Positions 37,912 through 52,400 of a stretch of DNA of 64,000 nucleotides are shown here, piece by piece (the stretch's first letter is position 1; the number at the start of each line of letters is the position of its first letter). Made by a program: the position numbers and the translations under genes. Under the pieces are notes generated by a model. The model was not told where the DNA came from. It saw only the letters and a program-made list of their open reading frames with translations, and made no database searches. The stretch is from Squalus acanthias (lineage: Eukaryota): positions 496,001-560,000 of the forward strand of contig JASTWF010000180.1 in NCBI GenBank assembly GCA_030390025.1. The letters are read 5' to 3'.

Positions 37912-39243
37912 AATGCGAATAACTGTGAAGTGATGCATTCTAGGAGGAACAACACGGAGAGGCAGTAAAATAGAATTGGTTTTATTTTGAGGGGGTGCAA
38001 GAGCAGACATCCTGGGGGTGCATATTAATGAATTTTTGACGGTGGCAGGGCAAATTGAAAAGTCGGTTAAGAAAACAAATGGGATACTCGGCTTTGTAAC
38101 TAGGGGCATTGAATACAAAACCAAGAAAGTCGTGATAAACCTTTACAAATCACTGGTTAGGCCTCAGCTGGAGTATTATGCACAATTCTGGGCACCACAC
38201 TTTAGGAAGGATGTCAACGCCTTGGAGAGAGTACAGAGGAGGTTTACCAGGATTATGCCAGGGATGACGGACCTCAGTTATCCGGAGAGATTGGAGAAGC
38301 TGGGATGTTTCTCGTTCGAGTAGAGAAGCTTAAGGGGAGACATACTAGAAGTATTCAAACTCATGAAGGGTTTTGATAGAGCGAGTAGGGAAAATCTATT
38401 TCCTCTGGCAAGTGGGTCGGTTAATAGAGGTCATAGAGTTAAAATAATTGGCAGAAGAACCAGAGGGGAATTGAGGAGAAACGTTAAGGAGGGCTGTTAA
38501 GATCTTGAGCGCACTGCCTGAAAGGGTGGTTGGAGCAGGTGCTATAGGGATTTACAAAAGGACATGTACTTGAAGAGTCCCCTAGTCCTTGATGGTACAA
38601 GGACTAGGGGACACAGATTTAAGGTTTTGGGCAAGAGATACAGGGGGGCATGTGAGGAAAATCTTTTTTACCCAGCGAGTGGTGATGAGCTGGAATTCGC
38701 TGCCGACGGAAGTGGTGGAAGCGGAGACACTCAATGTTTTCAAGGGAAGACTGGAGAGGTACTTGAGGGAAATAAACTTGCAGGGCTACGGGGATAGAGC
38801 GGGGAATGGGACTGACTGGATTGCTCTACAGAGAGCCGGCGCGGACTCGATGGGCCGAATGGCCTCCTTTTGTGCCATTATGACTCTATGACTAGACTAA
38901 TTTGCAGGGTTATGTGGAAGAAGCTGGGGAGTGGGACTCAATTGGACAGCTCTTTCAAAGAGCAGGCATAGGCACGACGGGCCGAATGGCCTTGTTCTGT
39001 GCTGAAATATTTAATGATTCTATGTTTCTATGTAGACGTGGAGGAGAAGATCTTTCCACTTGTGGGGGAGTCCAAAACTCGGGGCCATAAATATAAGGTA
39101 GTCACTAATAAATCCAATCGGGAATTCAGGAGAAACTTCTTTACCCAGGGAGTGGTTAGAATGTCGAACGCGCTACCACACAGAGAGGTTGAGGTGAATA
39201 GCACAGATGCATTTAAGGGGAAGCTAGATAAACACATAAAGGA

Positions 39244-39722
39244 AATAACAACAGAAAACGCTGGAAAAACTCAGCAGGCCAGGCAGCATCCGTGGAGAGA
39301 GAAAGAGAGTTAACGTTTCAGGTCGATGACCTTTCATCAGAACTGTGAAGAGCCGGAAATCAAATAGATTTAAGGCCAGAGTAAAGCTGGGAAAAGGGGG
39401 AGGGGATAAAAGAACAAAGGGGGAGATGAAGAGACATTAAGAGACATTAAGAGATATGCAAGGCTAGAGGTGGTGTAAATGTGACAGATTAAGGCTGAAA
39501 GAAGTGTGAAATCCACTGGCAGAATGAAGGACAGCTGCCAGCTTCTAGGAGGAAAAAAAAAAAAGTGGGGAGGGCAAATAAAAGGGTGGAAAAAATAAAA
39601 TATAAATGTGATTGGAGCTGAGGTTATGATCTAAAATTGTTGAACTCGATATTGAGTCCAGAGGGCTGTAGCGTTTTCTGTTGTTATTTCAGATTTCCAG
39701 CATCCGCAGTATTTTGCTATCG
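39244..39722 (-). mobile_element. Second Penelope-like fragment with an inverted terminal segment; hammerhead motif at 39308-39344
   Basis: Near-identical to 1950-2377. Its end contains the reverse complement of its start (AGCGTTTTCTGTTGTTATTTC). 15-bp flanking duplication TAAACACATAAAGGA. Confidence 0.85.
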
Positions 39723-42700
39723 TAAACACATAAAGGAGAAAGGAATAGAAGGATATGCTGATAGAGTTAGATGAAGTAAGTTGGGAAGGAGGATCGTGTG
39801 GAACATGAACACGGGCAGAGACCTGTTGGGCTATATGGCCTGTTTCTCCGCTGTGAATTCGGTGTACTTCTATGTAATCTTCTGCAGTTGTATGGATCGC
39901 GACTCAGAAATGAAGAAATTCCACCCGAGCGAAGTATGGAGTATGGATAGCACTGCCGCTTCTACAGCCGCGGGAGAGGAGGCGAGAGCAACGTTAACAT
40001 TGAATCCGTTGAGTCACTTTACCCGTTTGTCTAGTCATGACTCGCACAAAATAACTGAAAACTAACAATCTAAGGAGACATCGAACTTGACATCTGAAAT
40101 TCACGCCCCACCCCCACTATTCTGCAACTTATGATATGTCAGTGTGTACCAATCCAAATGTGGTTGACTCTTAACTGCCCTCTGAAATGGCGGCTCACCA
40201 CCATCTTCTCAAGGGTAATTAGGGATGGGCAATAAATGCTGGCCTTGCCAGCGACACCCACATCCCAGGAACGAATAAAATAGGTATAATTACTGCTGCG
40301 AATCTTTAACAATGTTGGACTGTAAATGCCATAGCTAATAGTTTACTTACACAATGCAACCGGTCGGAAATAATGAGTGCATTCCTAATGTCTGTCAATA
40401 GGTCCACCGAGGTAGCGCTGAACTCAGTCTTTCTGTGTCATTATCTAACGTGAAAGGCGTCAAACTGCACACGTGGGGCGAACGTCTGGGTCAGAATGAT
40501 AATCCCGGCTAAACTTCCTACACGGGATTGGACCGATGCTGGATACTTGCCGACTGTGCCTTTTTTTATTCGTTCATGGGATGTGGGCGTCACTGACAAG
40601 GTCAGATTTATTTCCCATCCGTAATTGCCCTTGAAATGCTGGTGGTGAGCCGCCTTCTTGAACCGCTGCAGTCCGTGTGGTGAAGGTACTCCCACAGTGC
40701 TGTTAGGGAGGGAGTTCCAGGATTTTGACACAGCGACGATGAAGGAGCGGCGAGATTACTTCCAAGTCAGGATGTTGTGTGACTCGGAGGGGAACTTGGA
40801 GGTGGTGGTGTTCCCATGTGCCTGCTGCCCGTGTCCTTCTAGGTTAAAGAGGTCGAGGGTTTGGGAGGTGCTGCCGAAGAAGCCTTGGCGAGTTGCTGCA
40901 GTGCATCTTGTAGATGGTACACACTGTAGCCACGGTACGCTGGTGGTGGAGGGAGTGAATGTTTAAGGTGGTGGATGGGGTGCCAATCAAACGGGCTGCT
41001 TTGTCCTGATGGTGTCGAGCTTCTTGAGTGTTGTTGCAGCTGCACTCATCCAGGCAAGTGGAGACTATTCCATCACACTCCTTACTTGCGCCTCGTAGAT
41101 GGTGGAAAGGCTTTGGGGAGTCAAGAGGTGAGATACTCGCCGCAGAATACCTAGCTTCTGACCTGCTCTTGTTGCCACAGTATTTATGTGACTGGTCCAG
41201 TTAAGTTTCTGGCCAATGGTGACCCCCAGGATGTTGATGGTGGGGGATTCAGCGATGGTAATGCCGTTGAATGTCATGGGGCAGTGGTTAGACTCTCACC
41301 TTTATGCACTTGTGTGACGCGAATGTTACCTGCTACCTATCAGCCCAAGCCCTGAACATCGTCCAGGTCTTGCTGCATGCGGGCACATACTGCTTCATTA
41401 TCTGAGGAGTTGTGAATGGCGCTGAACACTGTGCAGTCATCAGCGAGCCACCCCATTTCTGACCTTATGCGGATGAATGTCTCAGCTGCCCGCCTGTTCC
41501 AGCAGTTCGGACGGATACTGAAAGGACCCAATCGTACTGTCCTGAGAAACTTAACGCTTTATTCCGGTGTCCTGGGCGAAATGTTCCCTGAAGCAAAGCG
41601 TTTCAACAAATATTAGCTTCCACATACCAGTGCTGTTTGCAGCATATTACTGGCGCAGAGCCGCTGCTGCGGATGGCCACCACTCAACAACAACGACAAC
41701 AACTTGCATTGAGATAACGCCTTCACGTATTTAAAAAAAAACCTGCAACGGACGCTTCACAGGGACCTCTGGCACCGAACAAAAGAGAGGTGACCAAACG
41801 TTTGCGCTGAAGAGATGGGTTTTAAGCAGCGTCTTAAAGCAAGAGATTGATTTGGAGAGGCTGGAGGGTTTAGGGAGTGAGGGAGTTCCCGAGAGTGCGA
41901 GCTAGGTAGTTGAAATTACAACCTTACAATAGTAGGGAAAAGCGATGGGGAGGAGGTGCGCAAGAGGATAGAATCAGAGGAAGTGAGATTTCGGAGAAGA
42001 GGGTGTATTTCAGTCACTTGGACCTCACAGACATAGGAAAGAAAGAAAGACTTGTATTTATGTATCGCTTTTAACGACCTCAGGACGTCTCGAGACTTTT
42101 TGAAGAGTAGTTACTGTTGTAATGTAGGAAACGCGGCTTACAATTTGTGTTTACGTGTTAGTTGATCGATAAATATTGGCCAGGACACTGGCGAGAAATT
42201 CAATTCCCTTCTTTGCTTCGAAATAGTGGCCATGGGATCCTTTACATCCACTTGAGAGGGCAGACGGGACTCGGTTTAACGCCTCATCTGAAACACGGCA
42301 CATATCGACAGTGCAGCGCTCATTCGGTATTGACACTGGGATTACCAACCTGGATTGTTTGCTCAGATCCCTGGAGTGGGTCTTGAACCCACAACCTTCT
42401 GACTCAGAGTGCTACCCACGGAGCCAAGGGTAACACCTCAGAGAAAGTTAATTGAGGCCTTTCATTACAACTGCCGGAATCGTAAAATGGAGATGTTGGA
42501 GAGTGGGCCATTGTGCTCCAATGGAAAGCAGGGTGATGGATTAGTTGGACTTGGGGCAGGATAGATTAAGATAAAGGCTGTTGAGTTCTGGCCAGGGAGC
42601 AACAATTGCACTTCAATGTAACTTATTTAGAAGATACGTTTACAGAAGTGTTCCAGAATGTATTTACTTTACAATTAGTAGTTACTAATAATAAACATTC

Positions 42701-43944
42701 CTAATAGTTATTATTAATAATAATAAATACTACTACCAATAATAGTAACGACAATGACAATTATTCACAATATCTGGGGTCTGAATAATCCACTTCATCT
42801 TTTATAGCAATTGACTCAGAAGTTGTTCTGTAGAAATCCTCGTCAATCGAAGGGACTCGAGTTCTTGAAAGTTATTATCATAATTTCACATACGTGGTTG
42901 CTACAATTATATAGATATATTTTTGAAATCGTGTGTGTGCACACAATTTCCTGTCGTAAAAATGTAATTTCCTATTGGTTGCCGTTATTCAGTAAATGTT
43001 TAAGTCAAATTTCAAGACAGCATTTCTGATATAAAAATATCGATCGACCTCTGCCCATCGTGGGCTTTAACCATTCAGGCCTCCATCCATCCTGTAGGCG
43101 GCGTTGTTTCAACAAGGGATAGCTTGAGTCAGCTGGCCAGCGTCCCACCTCTAAAATCCCACTCCAGCACCGAAGCACATATTCAAGGTGCAGGGAGTGT
43201 TGCATTGTCGGAGATTATGTCTTTTAGGTGAATCCTCTGTGTTACCAATTTTGATGTGTAAGAAACAAGCAGAAATAAAATCATCGAATACCAATATCAG
43301 AATAAAAGGCGGCCACCATGTCTTTAGAAGAGTTATACTTTTAATAAACAAACTCAGGAACATTTTGAGATGTGATCCAAAACTGATGTAGGAAGTAATA
43401 GGATGTAGTGCACCTAGAATTTCAGAAGAACCTCAATAAAATACTGCACGATATTATCATTTACAAAATAAGACCAATCGGTATGAAAGATGACACATGG
43501 AAGTGATTTTCTAAAGCTAAATCGCTTTCTCATTGTGGTAGGAGCAAACGCAGCACTGGGGTTCATTTCTAGAGCAATAGAATTGAAAAACAGAGAAGTT
43601 ATGTTAAACTTGCATGCAATCTTGGTTGAACCACATTTGGAGTACTGTGCACAGTTCTGCTCTCCATATTATAAAAAGGATATAGATGCATTGAAGAAAG
43701 TGCAAAAATGATTCAAAATGATGATATCAGAACTGAGCTGCAATACCTATCACGAAAGACTGAACCGGTTGGAACTCTATTCGCTAGAAAAGGGAAGGCT
43801 GAGGGTGGCTTGATATAGGTTTTCAAGATTATGTTCACAGGGTAGACGTAGAGAAGATGTTTCCACTTGTGGGGACACCAAAACTAGGGGCCATCTATAT
43901 TAGATAGTCACTAATAAATCCACGAGGGAATTCAGGAGAAAATT

Positions 43945-45020
43945 AGAATCATACAAAGTTGCAGCACGGAAGGAGGCCATTTCGGCCTATCGTGTCCGCG
44001 CCGGCCAACAAAGAGCTATCCAGCCTAATCCCACTTCCCAGCTCTTGGTCCGTAGCCCTGCAGGTTACAGCATCCCAAGTGCACATCCAAGTATTTTTAA
44101 ATGTGGTTAGGGTTCCTGCCTCTACCACCCTTTCAGGCAGCGAGTACCAGACCCCCACAATCCTCTGGGTGAAGCAATTTCCCCTCAAATCTCCTCTAAA
44201 CCTTCCACCAATTACTTTAAATCTGTGCCCCCTGGTTTTTGACCCCTCTGCTATGGGAAAAATGTCCTTTCTATCCACTACCTCTAGGCCTCTCAAAATG
44301 GTATACACCTCAATAAGGTCTCCTCTTAGCCTCCTCTGTTCCAAGGAAAACAGACCCAGCCTATCCAGACATAGCTAAGATTCTCTACTCCTTGTAAATC
44401 TCCTATGTACCCTCTCTAGTGCAATCACATCTTTCCTGCAATGTGGTGACGAGAACTGCATGCAGTACTCTAGCTGAGGCCTCACTAGTGTTTTATACAA
44501 TTGAAGCATAACCCCCCTGCGCTTGTATTTTATGCCACGGCCAATAAAGGCAAGCATTCCGTATGCCTTTTTAACCACCTTATCTTCCTGGCCCGCTACC
44601 TTCAGGGATCTGTGGACATGCACTCCAATGTCCCTTTGTTCCTCTACACTACTCAGTGTCCTACCATTTAATGTGTATCCCTTTCCTTGTTAGCCCTCCC
44701 CAAATGCATCACCTCACACTTCTCCGGATTGAATTCTATTTGCCACTGTTCTGCCCACCTGACCAATTTATTGATATCTTCCTGCAGTCCGCAGCTTCCT
44801 TCTTCAGTATCATCCACACAGCCGATTTTAGTATCATCTGCAAACTTCTTAATCATACCCCCTATATTCAAGTCTAGATCATTGATATCTACCACAAAAA
44901 GCAAGGGACCTGGTACTGAGCCCTGCGGAACCCGACTGGAAACAGCCTTCCAGTCACAAAGCACCCATCAACCATTACCCTCTGCTTCCTGCTCCGAACC
45001 AGTTTTGAATCCAACATGAC
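43945..45020 (-). mobile_element. CR1 3' fragment nested in an older CR1
   Basis: RT fragments at 43949-44964. Confidence 0.82.
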
Positions 45021-45405
45021 ACTCCAACTTCTTTACCCAAAGATTGGTTAGAATGTAAAACGTGCTACGACCAAGAGTTGTTAAGGCGAATATCATAGAT
45101 GCGTTTAAGTGGAAGCACACGAGAGGGAAAGCAATAGAAGGATATATTCATCGGGTTGGATGAAGAGGGGTGGGAGGAGGCTCGTGTGGAGCATTAACAT
45201 CAGCATGGGCCAGTTGGGCCGAATGGCCTGTTTCTGTACTGTAGACTTTATGTAACTATGCTACTATGTGACAAGTGCATTTGGCCCACTCGGTTTGAGC
45301 CGGCTCTTTGACAAAGCAAGACATTGTGAGTATGAACCTGAAAGTAGACTATGCGCAGCACGACTTTCACCCTTGGTCACACAGGTTAGCAGATTGAGTC
45401 AGCAG

Positions 45406-46383
45406 ACACATGTATGCTGACGACACCCAGCTCTACCTCACTACCTCTTCTCTTGACCCCTCCACGGTGTCTAAATTGTCAGACTGCTTGTCCGACATAC
45501 AGTTCTGTATGAGCAGACATTTTCTCCAATTATATATTGTGAAGACCGAAGCCATTGTTTTCGGCCCCCGCCACAAACTCCGTTCACTAGCCAGTGACTC
45601 CATCCCTCTCCCTAACATCTGCCTGAGGCTGAACCACACTGTTCACAACCTTGGTGTCATATTTGACCCTGAAATGAGCTTCCGACCACATATCTACAGC
45701 CCAAGAAAGACCGCCTATTTCCACGTCCGTAACATCGCCCGTCTCCGCCCTTGCCTCAGCTCATCCGCTGCTGAAACCCTCATCCATGCCTTTGTTACCT
45801 CTAGACTTGAGTATTCCAACGCACTCCGAGCTGGCCTCCACAGATTCTAACCTACGGAAACTAGAGGTCATCCATAACTCGGCTGCCCGTGTCCTAACTC
45901 ACACCAAGTCCCGTTCACCCATCACCCCTGTGCTCGCTGACCCACATTGGCTCCCGGTTAAGCAGCGCCTCGGATTTAAAATTCTCATCCTTGTTTTCAA
46001 ATCCATCCATGGCCCCGCCCCTTCCTATCTCTGTAATCTCCTTCAGCCCCACAATCGCCCCGAGATACCTGTGCTCCTCTAATTCTGCCCTCTTGAGGAT
46101 CCCTGATTATAATCACTCAACCATTGGTGGCCGTGCCTTCTGTTGCCTAGGCCCTAAGCTCTGGAATTCCCTGCCTAAACCTCTCCGCCTTGCTACCTCT
46201 CTCTCCTCCTTTAAGACGCTCCTTAAAATCTACCTCTTTGACCAAGCTTTTGGTCACCTGTCCTAATTTATCCTTATGTGCCTGGGTGTCAATTTTTTTG
46301 TCTTAAAATACTCCTGTGCAGCGCCTTGGGACGTTTTACTGCGTTAAAAGCGCTATATAAATACAAGTTGTTGTTGTTGTTGT
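45406..46383 (+). mobile_element. L2 LINE 3' fragment (further L2 pieces ~28300-28740 -, 41690-41990 -, 61210-61805 +)
   Basis: YADDTQLY...KTEAIVFG...IHAFVTSRLEYSNAL peptide and (GTT)n tail. Confidence 0.85.
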
Positions 46384-47439
46384 TAACAGGAACCCGGAGC
46401 AGAGTTTGTCCCTGATTCACCCCTAGGTACGCAGGGCTGTTATACGCAGGCGCACAACTGCAGCTCAAATCAATTAACTTATCATTGAACGTGGGGCCGC
46501 TCTGTGGGTTTTGACTCGGTACTGGAGCAGCCTATACAGGAGCGAGCTTGTTTTCGTGTGGCGACTATCTAAAGCTTACTCCTTGCAGTGAATGATGCAC
46601 AAAGTAGAAAGAAGCGTTCTGATGTCCCGCTTAATTACGGATTATTCATTGATCCTGACTGATCGTACGCAGCAGTACACTCCGGCGGATGTTGAGATAA
46701 TCGTTGCCCCATTGTGAAATGACACTTATTCACAATAGTGGGTGAGCGAATGAGAACTTCTTTTAGGATGTGGTCACTCTCGAATTCGCGTGGTGCTGCT
46801 TTCATGCACAATTAGTAGTGGAGAAAAAAACAGCTGCATGAACATCTGGCAGGGAAACTGTTGAAACTGTTTCGCTGTCGCCGGAATGTACCGTTAGACA
46901 AAAGCTTGAAAAACCGTTCAAACATCTGGTCTGTGATCATAATCTGTCGATTCTATTAGGACGCTCTGCTAATTATGTTGATGGATTATAGTGCAAAATG
47001 TGTCTAATATCCACTTGGCATTGGCATATGTTTGTGTTAGCAATAGATATTGAACAGCTCCATTCATTGTATTTGGAAGTTCCTATTCGCGAGAGAGAAG
47101 GTGCATTAGTGTCTGGAAGGGAACACCTGGTTTTCCATGTCACATCATTATTTTTTTTTCATTTGTTTATGGGATGTGGGCGTCGCTGGCAAGGCCAGCA
47201 TTTATTGCCCATCACTAATTGTCCTTGAGAAGGTGGTGTTGAGCTACGTTCTTGAACAGCTGCAGTCCGTGTGGTGAAGGTACTCCCACAATGCTGTTAG
47301 GGAGGGAGTTCCAGGATTTTGACCCTGGGGTGTGTGTGACTTGTAGGGAAACTTGGAGGTGGTGGTGTTCCCATGAGTCTGCTGCCCTTGTCCTTCTAGG
47401 TGGTGGAGGTCGCGGGTTTGGGAGAAGCTGCCAAAGAAA

Positions 47440-48680
47440 CTTAGAAACATAGAAACATAGAAACATAGAAGATAGGAGCAGGAGTAGGCCATTCGGCCCA
47501 TCTAGCCTGCTCCGCCATTCAATCGATCATGGCTGATCATCCAAATTCAGAACCCTGTCCCTGCTTTCTCCCCATATCCCTTGATCCCTTTAGCCTTAAG
47601 AAATATATCTAACTCCTTCTTGAATATATTTAATGAATTGGCCTATACTGCCTTCTGTGGTAGAGAATTCCACAGGTTCACCACTCTCTGGGTGAAGAAA
47701 TTCCTCCTCATTTCTGTCCTAAATGGCTGACCCCTTATCCTTAGACTGTGACCCCTGGTTCTGGACTCCCCGACCATCGGGAACATCCTTCCTGCATCTA
47801 GTCTGTCCACTCCTGTCAGAATTTTATAAGTTTCAATGAGATCCTCTCTCATTCTTCTAAACTCCAGCGAGTATAAGCCCAATCGACCCAATCTCCCCTC
47901 ATACGTCATTCCTGCCATCCCAGGTATCAGCCTGCTGAATCTTCGCTGAACTCCTTCCATGGCAAGAACCTCCTTCCTCAGATAAGGCGACCAAAACTGC
48001 ACACAATACTCAAGATGTGGTCTCACCAAGGCCCTGTACAACTGCAGCAAGACATCCTTGCTCCTGTACTCGAACCCTCTCCCTACGAAGGCCAACATAC
48101 CATTTGCCTTCTTAACCGCCTGCTGCACCTGCATGCTTACCTTCAGCGACTGGTGCACAAGGACACCCAGGTCTCGTTGCACTTCCCCTTCTCCCAATCT
48201 ATTGCCATTCAGATAATAATCTGCCTTCCTGTTTTTGACACCAAAGTGGATAACCTCGCATTTATCCACTTTATATTGCATCTGCCATGCTTCTGCCCAG
48301 TCACCCAACCTATCCAAATCATCCTGGAGTTTCTCGGCATCCTCCTCACAGCACACACGCCCACCCAGCTTTGTGTCGTCTGCAAACTTGGAGATATTAC
48401 ATCTAGTTCCCTTGTCTAGATCATTAATATATATTGTGAATAGCTGGGGTCCAAGGACCGATCCCTGCGGTACCCCACTAGTCACTGCCTGCCACTCGGA
48501 AAATGACCCATTTATTCCAACTCTATGCTTTCTGTCTGCCAACCAGTTCTCTATCCAAGTAAATACCTTGCCCCCAATCCCATGTGCCTTAGCTTTACAT
48601 GCGGGACCTTATCTAAAGCCTTTTGAAACTCCAAATATACCACATCCACTGGTTCTCCCTTGTTTGTTTTACCAGTTAGC
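47440..48680 (-). mobile_element. Young CR1 3' fragment, closely related to the copies at 10789 and 14560
   Basis: Open RT ORF at 47643-48542 and (AGAAACAT)n tail. Confidence 0.88.
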
Positions 48681-49499
48681 CATGGCAAGTTGCTTCAGTG
48701 CATCTTGTAGATGGGACACACTGCAGCCACGGTACGCCGGTGGTGGAGGGATTCTTGCGTGTTGTTGGAGCTGCACTCATCCAGGCAATTGGAGAGTATT
48801 CCATCACACTCCTGACTTATGCCTTGTAGATGGTGGAAAGGCTTTGGGGTGTCAGGCGGTGAGACACTCGCCGCAGAATACATAGCCTCTGATCTGCTCT
48901 TGTTGCCACATTATTTATGTGGCTGGTCCAGTTAAGTTTCTGGTCAATGGTAACCCCCAGGATGTTGATGGTGGGGGATCTGGCGACGGTAATGCCGTTG
49001 ACTGCCAAGGGGCGATGATTAGAAGCTCGCTTGTTGGAGAAAATCATTGCCTGGCACTTGTGTAGCGCGAATTTTTCCTGCTACTTATCAACCCAATCCT
49101 GAACGTCGTCCAGGTCTTCTTGCATTGGGCATAAACTTCTTCATTATCTGAAGAGTTGCGAATGGCACTCAATACTGTGTAATCATCAACGAACATCCCC
49201 ATATCTGACCTTAAGATGGAGGGGAGGTCATTGATGAAGCAGCTGAAAATGGTTGGGCCGAGGACACTGCCCTGAGGAACTCCTGCAGCCATGCCCTGGG
49301 GCTGTGATGATTGATCTCCAAGCACCACAACCATCTTCCTTTGTGCTAGGTTCGACTCCAGACAGTGGAGGGTTCCCTCCTCCCCCCGCCCCGCCCCACC
49401 GATTCCCATTGACTTCAATTTTACCAGGACTCCTTTGACACTCGGTGAAATACTGCCTTTATATCAAGGGCAGTCACTCTCACCTCACCTCTGAAATTC

Positions 49500-52400
49500 T
49501 GCTCTTTTGTGATTTAAGCAGAGCCTGGTCTTCAATCGTCTTGTATCCCCTTGCCATTGGACCAAGTTCTTGCTCTGTCAAGCCCGTGTGGTAGCTGGTG
49601 TGCAAAAGCCACCCCACGTTAAAAGAATTCACGCACAGGCATCTTCCACCCTTTAAAATGAAGTTCGGGACCTGGAATGTCAGGACCCTCATGGACAACC
49701 CCAACAGCGACAGGCCGGAACGCCGTACTGCTATCGTTGCCCGGGAGCTCAGACGTTTTCGACATAGACATCACCGCCCTAAGGTGGTTACACCTTCTTC
49801 TACAAAGGCAAACCTGAAGAAGAACGCCGCCTCTATGGGGTAGGCTTCACCATAAAAAATGAGCTAGTTGAACGTCTCAGAGACTCCCCTTGTGGAATAA
49901 ACGAACGCCTCATGACTCTACGGCTCACCCTAACCCGGAACCAGTGCACTACGGTCATCAGTGCGTACGCCCCAACACTGGAAGCCACAGACGAGACCAA
50001 AGAGGAATTCTACTCCAGCCTCGAACAATCCCTGTCCCGAGTCCCAACGTGAGACAAGCTGATCCTCCTTGGCGACTTTAGCGCCAGAGTTGGAAAGGAC
50101 ACAGACATCTGGGGAGGTGTGATCGGCAGAGAGGGGGTAGGGAAAGCCAATTCCAACGGTACCCTCCTCCTGACGAAATGCTTATAACATGGCCTTGTCA
50201 TAACCAACACCTTGTTCCGTCAGAGAGACAAGTACAAGGCTTCATGGCAGCACCCTCGCTCCAAACACTGGAATCTGCTGGACTACGTCATCGTCTGAGC
50301 GAGGGACCGCAAGGATGTCCGCATCACCCGCGCCATGACAGGAGCTGATGACTGCTGGACAGACCACCGCCTAATCCACTCTGTTATCTCCATCAGCGTA
50401 GCCCCAAAACAGCGGCGGCAATAGAAGCAATGCCGCAGGAAAATCAACGCTGGAGCACTTAAAGACCCTACTAAGAAAGCCCTATTCAGCCTGCGCCTCA
50501 CAACCAACCTGACAACTCACAGTGATTCAGAGACAAAGAGTGTCCACAGCACCTGGTCTGCACTCAAGGCGTCCATAATCAGCACATGTGAAGAGACGTT
50601 CGGTCACTCGTCCAGGAACCACCAAGAGTGGTTCGACAAGAATGACCAGGAGATCCAGGAGCTAATAAGCCACAAGCGCAAGGCACTCCTGATCTGGAAA
50701 CAGCAACAGAACTCGAGAGCAAGAAAGCAGCACTACAGACGACTGAAGGCCGAAATACAACAAAAAACTTGCGACCTCAAGAGCAGATGGTGGGTGGAGG
50801 AAGCGCAGGAGATCCAGCAGCTAGCCAACAACCACGACGTGCGTGGATTCTTTAGCGCAGTCAAGCCCATCTACGGCCCAAGCACCCAAGGTCCTACCCC
50901 ACTGCGGGCCAAGAACGGAGAGGTACTCATCAAGGACAGAGAGGCAATCACTACCCGCTTGAAGGAGCAATTCGAAGATATCCTTAACTGAGACGCTGTC
51001 TTCGACGCAAGTGTCCTCAACTCCATCCTGCAGCATGCTATCCGCCACCATCTCAGCATAACCCCAGCCCGGCATGATGTTGAAAAGGTCATCCAACAAC
51101 TGAAGAACAACAAGGCCTCAGGAGCAGATGGAATCCCCGCCGAGGCACTAAAACATGGCGGAGAAGCATTTTGACGCGAATACAGGAACTAATTTTTCTT
51201 ATTTGGAAGGAGGAGAACATGCCAGGGGATCTCAGAGAACATAAGAACACAAGAACATAAGAAATAGGAGCAGGAGTAGGCAATTTGGCCCTTCGAGCCT
51301 GCTCCACCATTCAATGAGATCATGGGTTTTCTCGCATTTCTGGGAGGTTTTTTGTGTCTTCCTCCGTGATGACAGAAACAAAGTATTTATTTAATTTATC
51401 TGCCATTTCCTCATTCTCGATTATAAATTCTCCCGTCTCTGACTATAAAGGACCCACATTTACCTTCGCTAGTCTTTTCCTTTTCACACACCTATAGAAG
51501 CTTTTACAATCCGTTTTTATATTTTTCGCTAGTTTGTGCTCATATTCCATTTTCCATTTCTTTATCAATTTCTTGGTCCCCCTTTGCTGATTTCTAAAAA
51601 TGTCCCAATCCTCAGGCTGACCACTTTTACTGGCAACTTTATAAGCTTCCTCCTTTGCCTTAATACTAGCATTAATTTATTTTGTTAGTCATGGTTGGAT
51701 CACTTTTCCTTTTGGGTGTTTATGCCCTAGAGGCATATATGTTTGTTGAGATCCCATAATCGTGACCATCTTCAAGAAAGGTGACATGTCCGATTGCTGT
51801 AATTACAGAAGAGTCTCCGTGCTTTCAGCCACAGGGAGAGTCATCGCAAGAATCCTCCTCAATCGCCTTCTCTCATTGGCTGAAGTGCTCCTCCCAGAGT
51901 CACAATGCAGATTCCGCCCACTAAGGGGCACAATGGACATGATCTTCACCGTGCGTCAACTGCAAGAGAAATGCAGGGAACAGCACCAACCGCTGTACAT
52001 GGCCTTCTTTGACCTCACAAAGGCCTTCGACACCGTCAACCTTGAGGGATTATGGAGTGTCCTCCTCAAATTCGGCTGCACTCAAAAGTTTTTCACCATC
52101 CTCTGCCTGCTTCCCGACGACATGCAAGCCCTGATCCTGACCAACGGATCCACCACAGACCCAATTCACGTACGGACTGGGGTCAAGCAAGGCTGTGTCA
52201 TCACATCAACGCTCTTCTCGATCTTCTTGACTGCAATGCTCCATCTCACCCTCAGTACACTCCCCGCTGGAGTGGAGCTAATCTACAGAACAAACGGGAA
52301 ACTGTTCAACCTCCGTCGCCTCCAGTCCAGATCCAAGGTCGTCCCACCCGCTGTCATTGAATTACAGTATGCAGACGACGCTTGCATCTGCGCACACAGA

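Noticed and set aside
46710-46737. CATTGTG-14nt-CACAATA D-like arrangement
   Set aside because: The nonamers are poor, and the mirror copy at ~33.9 kb lacks the heptamers.
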